NCBI GenBank assembly: GCA_012295275.1
Contig: CM022665.1
Span: 868,001 to 932,000, forward strand
From: Chrysomallon squamiferum
Lineage: Eukaryota > Animalia > Mollusca
Direction of reading: 5' to 3'
Length of the DNA: 64,000 nucleotides
Each line of letters opens with the position of its first letter. The stretch's first letter is position 1. Under the pieces are notes generated by a model, which did not search any database, had not been told where the DNA came from, and saw nothing but the letters and a program-made list of their open reading frames with translations. Positions 27,275-40,236 of the stretch are shown piece by piece. The translations under genes were made by a program, and so were the position numbers.

Positions 27275-30200
27275 AAGGGGCAACATAAGTAAAGTACTTG
27301 CCCTATTGTACTAAACTATTTTTCCTTTTTTATTTTTTAAATATGCCACTTCAAAGTTGAACATACTGAATTTTGCATCCATTTTGTCCAGTGATCATAT
27401 AAACATATTTTGCTTTTCAAGTTTCATTTCTTTCAATCACAAAGAAATTGGAGTAAAAGCAATGAACTGGTCTTTTTTGTTTCTCTCTGAGACTCACTGA
27501 AATGTTTCAGTGACAGTGAACACAAATCTCCTTCTTGTGCCATACATTAATTAACACTACAGAGATGGCTGTATCACTAGCTGGTCACATAGAAGATCAT
27601 GTGACCACCTGTATGAATTGCTGCAAAAATGCATTGTTTTACTGTTCTGATTAGAGAGTGACAATAAACACACTTCACCTAAACTTGCAGACAGATTAAA
27701 TTCACTGAGATGTACACAATTACATGTATGGTAAAGATTACTAACAAACCAACATAAATACTCAACAGCAAAACTCAAGTAATTGTAAAGAAACATAACA
27801 ATAAAACTGTTATGGGCTTGAATCTGCATAAATTATTTTGTTAAAGCCCAGTTTTATCAGAAACAGAGTATCAGTTACACATGTTGATTTTATGCTTGTG
27901 ACAATGGCTTGATTATGTTACTGTCTCATATAGCTCTAATGTGAGTAGATTGAGAAATGGCTTCTCCCTATGTTTCTAGCCTAGCATGGACCCTATATAT
28001 TATTATGCTATGCCATAAAAATGGGGGAACATCTCTTGACATATTAGGGTGAAATGAGACAGTAACTGAGTAAGACATTCATGTTGTTGTCACAAACATA
28101 AAATGTATATATATTAACTCAGAATTTCCTCTGGTGGAAACCTACAATCATAACAAGAACCCACTCTCTATCCTTACCCAAAAACTATTTTCTGCAACAG
28201 ACACACCCGCTGACCTGTCAGAAAGCGTGCCTGTCATAGACATGCTTCACAACAGCTTGCTCTGATTAGCACATTAATTTTTTTTACATTTTGGTGGAGA
28301 ACAGCTCAGACAGACATTTGGAGAGATAGGTCTGTATATAAATATGATTTGAATGCCTTACCTGAATTTATTACATTTATACATTTCATGTCTTTTTTAG
28401 ACACCATGCTTGAAAACCTATGTATTACAGTCAGTTAATGTTGTATTAAATTAAAACATGGTTTGAACAAATATGAAAACTTCTATATCCATAACTTGTC
28501 CAGACCATAAAAACAAGATTTCAAAAACTGTTTACCAAACCTGGCAATGTAAATCAGGAACACTGTTCATCATTAAATTCAAAACAGGTGAGCAGCAAAT
28601 TGAGCAATCAGTGATTTTTATTCACTCAGTGATTCACATGATTCAACTCACTGTTTGCAAAGCAGACTAAATTTTGATGTTGGGCATATGGGTAAGGCTG
28701 CTGTGCAAAGCCATAATTTGAAAGTTGGGGGAAACCATTAAAAACTGTCAAAACAAATGTAGTATCCCTGAAGTGAATAATTGTGACAATGTTCAAAGTC
28801 AGTTCAGACTTTATTCACTGCTTCAGGATGGTGTCACAATTAAAAGGAACCTTTTCTTACATTTCAATCCATCAAAAACTCAGCTCAGTTCTTTGATCAG
28901 CCTCCAGGAAGTATGCTGAACTATTTTCACTCGTAAAGCTGATATTGAAATTGTGAAAAAACAAAATGGTCAATTACACTAAACAGATTATCTAAATGAT
29001 CTGTTGAGGAACAATAACTCTTACTCAGGAATGATCTATCTCATGTTCATATATTAGTATCAATGGAAACTAGTATATAATTCTGTTAAATCTACTTCTA
29101 TCATGGTCTTTATGAAGAGAACTCTATGCTGAATAGATAAAGATATCTCTTGAAATAAGGTTTTTGTGGCTTAAGGTTGATTTTTTAAAACTTTAAAATA
29201 CATTTGAAGTATGGATTTTTGACATTGAAATATAATTTCTTTGTTAATTTTTTAGGTACCTTCTGATTTTTTGGTGTTTTTATTTTTTATTTTTATCTGG
29301 GACTGAATGTCTTTTGATTCATATGAAATACAATATTTGACAATAACCAAAAAATGCAATTCCACTGCTGTCAAGTTTCCAAAACCTATGTGAACCATGT
29401 ATTAATGATTAAAACAAGTCATTCCATTAGCATCTCTGCATAGCTTTTAATTTAATTTTAAATTTTTCTCTCTCTTTATAATGTTTATTTTCATGTTACA
29501 AAATGTGAATTACTGTTGAACAGTACCTCTGACATCTTTGAATGAACGACAGCACACAAGATCTTCATAGAGAATGTTGAGTACAATGTCGTTGTCTTGA
29601 CTGCCTAGGAAGTAAACCTGTTTTGATGTGATCAGAGCATGCATGCAGAGATTTTTCTTTTCTCCTGCACTGCCCCAGCGCAGCTGGTCCTTGGCAATTA
29701 CACTGAAAACAGAAATCACATTTTTAATCTTTATTTGAAATGAATTTCATTTAATTTAAAAAAAAAAATAATAATAATAATAATAATAATAAACACCAAA
29801 CTAACTAAATAAATAAAATAATAATTATGATAATAAAAACAATAAATATTTAATAAATAAAATGAAATAAAAAATGAATAATAATAATAAATGTTTAAAT
29901 ATATATATATAATAATATATATATAACCAACAAAAACATTACTTGAATAAACAAATTAATAAATAAAAATACATTAAAAAAATTTAAATTCAATAAAACT
30001 GTTCTATCAAAGTCTGTGGTGAGTGCTAATTTGTAAAATAACAGTACGTAACAGTACTTTCCTTTCAGTTATGCTGTACATCATTAATATATTAATAAAA
30101 TATGAGTAACACTATTACCATTCACTGTAATCATTGTTGTTGATTGAGAACAGCAGCTGCTGAGCCTCTGCCTGTGATTTTGAGTATGGGGGGAGCAACC

Positions 30201-33200
30201 CTCCAGGACCATAGCAACATCTCTGAGGACGGATTCGAGGTGGGTTCTGTCTTGATGAGCTGCGACTGGAATCTCGGACAGCATTTGCCAGAGCAGACGT
30301 CAAATCAAACACTCCTGACACAGGTTTCGTCACAGTTCCAATAACTCCCTTACCAACTCCTTTAAAAAATCCCTGTAATAAATAAAAATCATTTGATCAA
30401 ATGGCGTTATTAAATATTGTAACAGAAAAATTAAAACTAAAAAAAATGTTGGTTAAAAAAAAAAAAAAAAATTTAAAATAATAATATAATAAAAACATAT
30501 TAATAACACCCAGTTTATTTTTTTATATTTTTTTTCTTTAATTATTGATTACATTTAATGTAAACACTTTTTTTTAAAAATCTATCACTAAGGTTTATAA
30601 AATGTTTTCTCAGTGTGTATACTTACTTCTACACCTTCTTCTCTGGCTCCTTCGAGGGGTTGTGTAAAAACACCTGTAAGTCCACCAAATATTCCATATC
30701 CCAGACCCTTGACACCTGCCACAAGATGACCAGATGTGTTACCACCCTGTTGTCTTAGCAGTTCACGTTTCTGATTGTACTGGTCATCCATGGAGATTGT
30801 ACCTGCCCCATCAGATATAGAACTTGCTACCTGCAATACAATATTTAAGATTAAAACATTCTTAATACTATTTAAAATTTACTGATTTCAGAAAAAATTA
30901 AAAATATTTTTTAAAAAATCATAAAAAAATAAAAAAAGAAATAAAGAAATATAAAATTAATTATAATAGTGTATATGACAAAGTGTTTTATTTTGCTTCT
31001 ATTGATATGTACTGCATGTAATTTAAGTAATTAATTTCAAACAGTTAATTATCAACTACTATCAGAATTTTAACCAAATTTTTATTCAGTATAAACCAGA
31101 TCAATTCATTAACTCATGTCAATTTACCCATTAATAAGATTATAACACACAATACAGCTATGCAATAGTTTTACAGTGTAATTTTCCAGTCATGAATTTT
31201 AACAATTAATCTTTTATATCATTTTATTTATACTGTTACAAAATCACATTAAAATAATTGTTCAGTTAAGACAAAGTATTATAACAATAATTTCTAGTTA
31301 AATGGTATTATGAAAAAAATCATTCCCTGAAAAGAGAGGTAATTCAGTGTCACAACAAACCTTTGCTGCAGAATTAGAAACACCATGGGCAACATTTTTC
31401 AGAAGTCCACCCACATTTCCATCTTTAATGAGGCCAGAGATTCCTTCTGTGACATCGTTGAAAAGACCAAGAGGGTTTCCAAGGAAGTCCACAGAACCAA
31501 GGATTTTAGCTGCCTGACTTTTGAGTTCCTACATAAAATAAAATTAAAATATAGAAATAATAATTAACAAATTCAGTAATTACCTGGGAATATTTTTTTC
31601 AGTGGGCAAGTGGATTTGTTTCTCAAATAGGAAACTGATTTAAACCTAAGATTAAAGTATTTATAAAGTTAGAAAAGTGTCTTCTGTTTTATGATGCTAA
31701 CTAAAATTAGGAAATCATTATCATATCTGGAATTTACTCTTTAATTTTAACTTGAAGTCAGGAAATTAATTATCACTAAATCTTAAATACATTTATAACA
31801 TAAGGTAGATTTAATTAAACAACAAGAACATAATATATAAATATATATATATCACATTATACTTCTGAAAACAACAAACTTTTCTGTATTTTCAAAGTCA
31901 AATAATGTGAAAAAACAAATCAGTGCTTTTGTACCTGAGTGTAATGAATCATAATCTCATTCAGAAGGAAGGCACTTGATTCAAAAGGGTGAAGACGCAC
32001 AAATGGATCTGAAAATATATCAAAATATTACATAGTCTAGTATATTAACTGTAATTTTCTTACTTCAATTCTTTGCAAACATTTCAGATCAGCTATTTAA
32101 CTTTTACTTTTCTTTGTTACAATAAATTAAATAAATGTAAATTTGTTGAGAGATATCTATTTCATAAAATAAGAACAATCTGATAAAACTCAGATTTTGT
32201 TAAGACTTTCAAGCTTACCTAAATCTACTTTTGCATCTTCAAAGGCAATCAGGGTCATGGACTGGGCATGCTTGATAGCTTTGAGGTCAGGAGGAAGCTT
32301 GCTGGCAGTTACCATGCTCAGAGTTATCCTGTTTGTGTTTAGTTTCAGAGTACCAAAGTAGTAGCGCTTTGCCAAAACCGAGGATGCTGATAAAGCTCTG
32401 AGGATTAAAAAAAAAAAATGTATAAAAAATTAAAACTTTTATATATAGATTTACATACATTCATTATATACACATATAAAAAAAAATATCTATTTTTAAT
32501 TTAATTTTTATTATTATTATTATTAAGTGTCTATTTTAATATTATGTTATCTGGATAATAATTTGCTAACCTGTGGGTGTCACAGCTCTCTTCCATTTTC
32601 TTCATGTCATCCTCAGGTTTGTTGTATCCTGTGAACTGCATTAGTTTCCATAGCAGTTTCTCCTCCAAGTGAACCGTCATCTTCTTTGTTGTCACAACCA
32701 AGTGCTGAAATAATAATAAATAATAATAACCTAACAGCTAACTGAATCTATCAAAATCTAATTTATAAACAATAAATGAATTACTGAATTTATAAGAAAA
32801 GGATCCATATTACTTACTAGAGATTCAGTATTAGTGATATTAAACTCTTAGTATGTTGTGAAATTACAAAACGAAACAAAAATAAATAACTTATAGATCT
32901 AAAATAAATAAACATATTGCAAGAATACTTTTCACTAATTATTTTAAAATTAATTCTAAAAATCTGTTTTTAATATTTTGTTAGAAACAGAACAAATATA
33001 GTGCAATAATGCAATGAAAATATGTTCTCATTGTTTTAAAATGGTAAATAAGCTAGCAATGTTTGATAACATTGCAAAGTGAAAGAAAGACAACAAAATA
33101 ATAATACAAAAAAATAAAATCAAATAATAATAGTAGAAGTTGTAACTGACCTTGAATATTTCTGCATTCCACTTTGCACTGCAAACTTTCTGAGCTGTGA

Positions 33201-33571
33201 TGTGAAGCGCGGGGGTGTTGTCAGCAACGTCGCTGCGTGTCTGTGGTGTGACAAACAACAGAACTCCTCGCTGTGCACCAAACATCTGATTATCAATCTG
33301 TAGAAAACTCACACATCAGATTATGTATGTAACTAACTATGTGCTTCATTACACTAATTTATAAAATAAATTTCTGAAAATTAATATATATAAAACACTA
33401 AAACAAAAAAATTCAATAAATAAATAAATAAATAAATAAGTAAATAAGTAAATCAAAAAGCCAACACAGTAATGTTCCTGAACATTTCTGTCTAACTTAA
33501 CAAAAATATATCATTTAGAAAAAGGAAGAATAAGAGAACCTCAGTAAATAGTCATTTTGTGTTTGTTGTTG

Positions 33572-33615
<44 letters not shown>

Positions 33616-36600
33616 TTAAATGGTGTACTTGAAGAAGTCCAACATGTCCATCAACAGAAATGACATCAGCCTCAGTACAGAAAGTCATGGCTATGGATCC
33701 GAGGGTAATGTAGAGAAGTTCTTCTGGTACTGAGTTCACCACTGATATCCCTATCCCTCCTTTCAAGCTAATCTCAACCTAAACAAAAATACAGTTTTTA
33801 CTTAAAACTACTGATATTTCAGTATATAGATACAGTTCAAGCTGCCTTAAAATGATTATTTGTCAAATGAAGGTTAAAAAAGACTCCCGACTATTGGTAT
33901 TACATTTACTTTTATTAATACATACCTAAGAACACTATTTAAATCTGTTCTGTATTTTCAGTATATAAAAATAGAAGAAATATATTTTTTGATTTGAACT
34001 GACATTCTTTCTTAAGTAAAAACAAAACATCAACATAAGATGACACGAAAGAAAGAATAAATGACAAAAAATCCCAAATATTTTAATATTGGCTTAAAAA
34101 CATTTGTTACTGATGTCTCAAAATAATGTTTAGTACTTTGAAAACAATTCTGCATTCTGTGTTTATAGCAATTTGTGACAGTTTTATTTATCAATTACAT
34201 TTATTTTCTGTCAATTGATCATAAATTAGGGAAATTTATCAAAATTCTAATAATGTTTTCAAAGTTAGATTTAATTATTTTCAACTTTGTGACATACATT
34301 ATTAATGAGCAACAGTAATGTAAAGTGACTTACATCAATGGGTGACAATAGAGTAAATTCTCATCTACAATGTATCTAATTAAAGAACTGCATGGACTAG
34401 AGTACAATGGCTACAGAGTAACCAGTGTAACAACATTAGGAGGTAAAATTATGTAGTTATTACTTCTGTTTCCTAAAGTTTCAGATGCTTCTCCAAACAT
34501 AGCACAACATGACTATCTCCAGGTTCTGCCTGTACCTGGACAATAATGAAAAGGGCTAATGTCCAGTTAGAGTTACACACATTGCTAATATATGAAGGGG
34601 CAGACATGCATGCGATGGAGGATACAAGTTCAAGTGATATAAAACACTATGAGACACTGCTGAAGATTAGAACTGCCAGTCAGAACAACTCATTATCTCC
34701 ACATCTCAAGGCCAGTCTACTGGGTCAAGCAAGAACAGAGATCACATCTATCAATCAGATCTCTGACGACAAACTTTCCAACCTTCACCACATCCCCATT
34801 CTGGATACAATGCAGTCTTCCACTTACAGAAAATGGCTGAAAGCTACCACTAAGCTCCAATATGCAAGATCAGAAACTTGTTAGGGGGTACGTGGATCCA
34901 GACAGGAGATTAGTTTCTGCATGCAACCAGTGGAGAGAGATAAACAAACCCATTATTTTTGCTATCAACAAGGACATGGAATATCTATGCAATTCATTCC
35001 TACATTTACTTCTACAGGTCTACGATTCATGTAGCAGTCCAAGACATAATGTACCTTCTGTCCTACATGCTCCTTCCAAACAAGACTAAAGTTCTATAGG
35101 CATCAGTCTTTCAACTGTCGAAGACTGAAGCAGAAAGAAACAACTTCAACCTGGAGCCACTGATTTTACAGACTAACTTTGAGAAAGCTGTTGCCAATAC
35201 TGCAACAGAACTGTTTGAACAATCACCTTGAAGGGTGACATAACAAGCTCTATTCCCTTATTTTAAGTTATCCAAATGTATACCAGTTCATCTATTTCAC
35301 AAATGTGTAAACACTTCCAGCTGAAAAAAGGCTCTTCTTGATGCTATACACTCTTATTATTCGAAATGAACTCTCCCAATTACTCTCAGAGTCTAACCAC
35401 CTATTACATAATTGCCACTTGATCTAGTAATATTTTAATCAATACTGAATTTTTTTAGATAAAGTGGAAAATACTTATTTTTTATAACTCTGAAGGTATT
35501 AAAGTAATATTTCTTTAGATTAGGTTGTAACTGGAGTTCAATGAATTAGTTTAACTCTTGAAGATATAACTGCATAAACCTCAAAGTTTCTGGAGAACAT
35601 GTCAGATGAAGACTTGAGTTCTCTTGGAGGTGTTCCAGTTTGTTCATACACTTCCCAGTCTCCAATATCTTCCACCTGTCTTTTCACTATCGTCTGAAAT
35701 TATTAAATTAACATGTTAAAACAACTTTGGGTCATTAGTGCATGAAGACACTATTTAGATAAAAGTTTAACACATAATACTGACTGTCAGACACAAAAAC
35801 ACAACATAAACATATTTATACAAAAAAATAAAATAAAATTAAATATACTTATTAATGGCAAATATTCCTCAACACTGTAAGAACCATAAAATTATGAAAT
35901 AATATAAAAACTATTTGAAACAAATCTGAAATATTTATAAAGATATATTTTATTATTATTTTTGTATAAAGTTTTATCCAAGTTATCTAAACCAGTCATA
36001 TATTAAATTTCATCCATTTAGCCAATCATGAGCTTGAGACAACATCAAATGAGATAATTTTGTAAAGAGTATTTATATAACTACACACACACACATATAC
36101 ATGTACATATACATATATATGATGTACTAACAGTATGCTGCATATCTGTTATCTGCAACACTCTGATGGGTCCTTCCATCAACACTCTGACAGCCAGACA
36201 GCCAGAACCTGGCCGAAGTTTCTGTCGTGAAATCTGCATGTGCGGTGGTGTGTGACCACGATGTTCAGGTGCGGGTTGCTCGTCAAAGTTACGTGGAAGA
36301 CCAGGCCGAGGACCGAGAACAACAATGGCACCTGTATATATATATATAAATAATAACAATGCGACGTTTCATTTGTTCTTACATGTCATAAATAATTAAT
36401 TAAAAAAAATAAAATAAAAATAAGGACATAAAATTTAAAAACTATTCCAAGAGTAACAAATTAACATATACATACATGACACAAAAAGTATTTGATGTTC
36501 CAAAGAATGCAACATGACAGAAATATCTTAATTAAAAAAATAAATAACAAATATATTAAAAATGAAGTCCTGATAAAAAAAAGAACAGTCAGTGTATAAA

Positions 36601-39600
36601 GTAAAGTGTGTATTTCTGTACTTATAACATAACAAAATCAACTAAGAAATAGAGATTAAATTATTAAAATTGCCCATGTTTAAAATAATGTTTACCTTCT
36701 TGAAGTCCTGTTATTCCACCAACAGCCTGCACACACAACATACCAGCACTGCATGTGAGTGTACCAGCCTAAAACATAATTCATTAGTAAATAACTATAT
36801 ATATCTAGAATTACTGTCAGGTTGATTATTATAACACATGCGAAAGTTTCTGAAAACTGAACAGTTCATATTTCTCATCATTTAAGCACCAATCCCTTTG
36901 TAAATGCATGCTTTACTTTGAAATGTTTGTCTACTTTTTTGTATGTAAATAAAGGCAATAACAATAGAGACAAATAAGAAAACATTTTTGAAAATCTGAT
37001 GATGACAAAGAGAAAGTGATTACTAAAGAAATCATTCTAAAAGCAACATGAGTATGATTTGTTTGATTTATCTTTAGAACCTACTTCTGTGAATTTCCAA
37101 GTCTGTGTAGACTTGCGTCTGGCATCTCTCTTCCTCAGTTTAAGAGGAACACATCGCCCAGGCTGGGGTGCTATGTCAGCTATGTCTAGTACCAGTCCTT
37201 GGGCTGATGATGATTTGCTGTTCCTTGGGTCACGAGGAGGCATTGATCCCTCATGCTCCAGCATCCCATCACTTGTCATTCTCCACATCTGTGACCTCTT
37301 TCCTGTTTCCTGAAAATGTGAAAATATGAAAACAAAATGGAATAGAAAGGACAAGTTGTGTATTTTGTTGTTATTCACAAGCAGTTTCAAAGTTGTTTGA
37401 AAATGTAACTTTTAATTCAGTATCTTAAATACTGTAACTTTAATTCATGCATTAATTATTATTTTTAAAAAAAACATTAACAGTGGACTCATGTATCTTT
37501 AAAACCAATACTTTGTGATTTAGAAAACTCACTTTTCTTTTGAAAACCAGGTTATTGTCATGAACACAATCCAAAACTAATTCTCTGCTTGGACCAGCAT
37601 AACCTCTGAAACAAGAGAAAGAAAGAAAGAAAAATGTCACTATTGTATTTTATTTTGAAACTAGTTAAAAATCTACATATTCTGTACTTAAATACAACAT
37701 TCATAAATAGTCTGTTACCTGTTGAATTACGGCTTAAATTTACCCCAGTTAATAACTGACACCTTTCGCAACATAATAGCATTAAACTGTAGTTTTTTTT
37801 CAAGAATCCAACTCAATCAAATATATTCAACAAAAAATAAATAAAAAATGAATACCTGCTGAAAGTATGAGTAGCTGCAATGTAAATGAAGTTTTCATAA
37901 CAAAGCTGGGATCTTTCCTCCAGTTTGTTTAGATTGTAGTCAGCTGATGTTCCTCCAAGAATCTTCAGTGTCAAGTAAGGACTCATGGTGGGCTCATCCC
38001 AGGCATAAGGAACTGTGTGAAATACCAAAAATATATACTGGAATTTAACTGTCTTTTAACTAACACTTCTCAGTAAAAATTAAATAACAAAATAAATACA
38101 TTTTAAAAGTAAAAAATAATTAAGAACAACAATAACAGTAATAATAATATGAAAAACCACAAGTTGCTTTCCTAAATAACCCAGATTTCTTGATAATCTT
38201 AGACTATTTATTTAATGAAATAATTTTTTTATATATATACATACCAGAAGAATGTGGTTTCAGCTGTTTTTTTAGGCAGTCCTCGGTTGTTCCTTTTTGA
38301 TAAAACAACACTGGCACCTAGAAAAAAGAAGAAAAATGTTTAATTATATGAAGTTTTGTCTTTTAATAAATTAATAAATAAAAAATGTCTATGATATTCA
38401 AGGACTGCAACTGCATAAACTTTAGAGAACAATATAAAAAATAAAAACAACTAGCCTCTGAATGATTGTCCAGTCTAAACGGAGGTGGCATCACATCACC
38501 ATCAGCAAATATTATGAAAAATGTTGGACCCTGAAGAAGAACTTCCACTTTCAGCAACAGGCAGTCACTGTCATTGTTTCTGAAATATTGAACATACACA
38601 TTTTTCTTTTTAAATATATATATGTACACACATACACACATAAAATGCAACAAATGATATAAAATGTTAAACATGGAAAAGAACCAGCTGAACAAATGTT
38701 TAACATATGACCTGATTATTGTGACATGTTACTATAATAAAATATTAAAAATTGGCAAAGGGTTAAATTTATAGCATATTCTGACTGAAATATTACAAAA
38801 CAGATTTCTTATTCAAATATAATATTCAAGAGATAATATTCACAAATTTATACATAAAATGATAAAGATGAGCAACATTCAAATTTAGGAACAGTTCGCT
38901 AACTATAATGAAGCTCTAGGTTAAATATTTAAATACAACTTTAAACAATAAGAGAGATAAAAGCTTGATTAAAAGAAAAATTTCTGTTTGCTATTTGAAG
39001 TTTTATATAGCAATATACAGTTTAAAACATGAGGGAAACTACACTGCTATATACCTCATGTTGATGTGAAAGGAGCTGACTTTGTCGATACAAAAGCCTC
39101 CTGACCAGTGACAGCCAGGTTTGTCCATCTGAACACACAGCAGCTGGTCAAAGTCTGTTCTTGGCCAGTGAAATGCTATTTTACAGTCAGGAAGAGCTAT
39201 CAGATGTTCTGCTACTCCAGCAAATTTCTGTAGAAAAAGACAGAATAATTCATAACATTTTATATATAAACTGTTTAAAACTACATATTATCATGAATAA
39301 AATCAATGCAACAGATTTTTAGATAATATGATTTTATTAATTACCACGTTTTGTATAATTCAATTTTAACTATTTTATTTGGATGTAGTAATTCATTTTA
39401 CATGAAGATGTTGATTTTCCACTTGTTATGTGGTTAAATAGTTACTGCTGGTGATATCAGAGTGAAATCTAGAAGAATTTAATGAATAAAAATTATTTTT
39501 TGAATTGTTCAATCTCTCTCATTTAATTATGTATTTTATGTTTAAAAATCATAATGATAGTAACAAACATTGTTTTTTATTTCTTGTATTTGCTGGGTTT

Positions 39601-40205
39601 TTGGAGGAACTGTCTGGATGGTTTGTGTACAGATTTATAATTGTGCAGTGCACTTTGTTAGAGTGGAACTTAAGGAAACAAAAAGGAAAAATGTGAAAAT
39701 TCTTGGGGTTTTTTTTTGTATTTTTTCAAAATTAAATAATTATAGTCCATTAATTTCAGAACTAAAAATGGATTGCTTTTCTAATTAATAAAATAAATAT
39801 TAAAAACACTCATGGCATAAAAGTAACAGGAAATTTGAATCCAGAAGTCAGAATTAATTCTCTGACCGGATTCTTTAAAACCAAGCATTCAGCTGGTTTT
39901 AAGAAAAGTTCAATAATTTTGAAAAGCAAAGAAATATCAGTGAAACCTGTCATCAACGAAGAAATAAGAAAACATTTTTTAATAATAATAACAATAATTA
40001 ATAAGAAATAAAAAACAACAATAATGATAGTTCAAAATTAAAACAATAACTAATAAAATAAAAAAAATAAAAATTAAAAAAATACCCAGCATACCCAAGA
40101 GCAAAAAAAAAGAAAAACAAACAGGTATTTTACAAGCATAGCAGGAAAACACAAGGCAAATACACATGATAGCTGAAGCCATTAAGCTATAGCTGCATAA
40201 TAAAT

Positions 40206-40236
<31 letters not shown>

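Noticed and set aside
39836-39902. Double hairpin considered as H/ACA snoRNA
   Set aside because: Hairpins too short and no clear H box/ACA tail; kept only as generic structured element.
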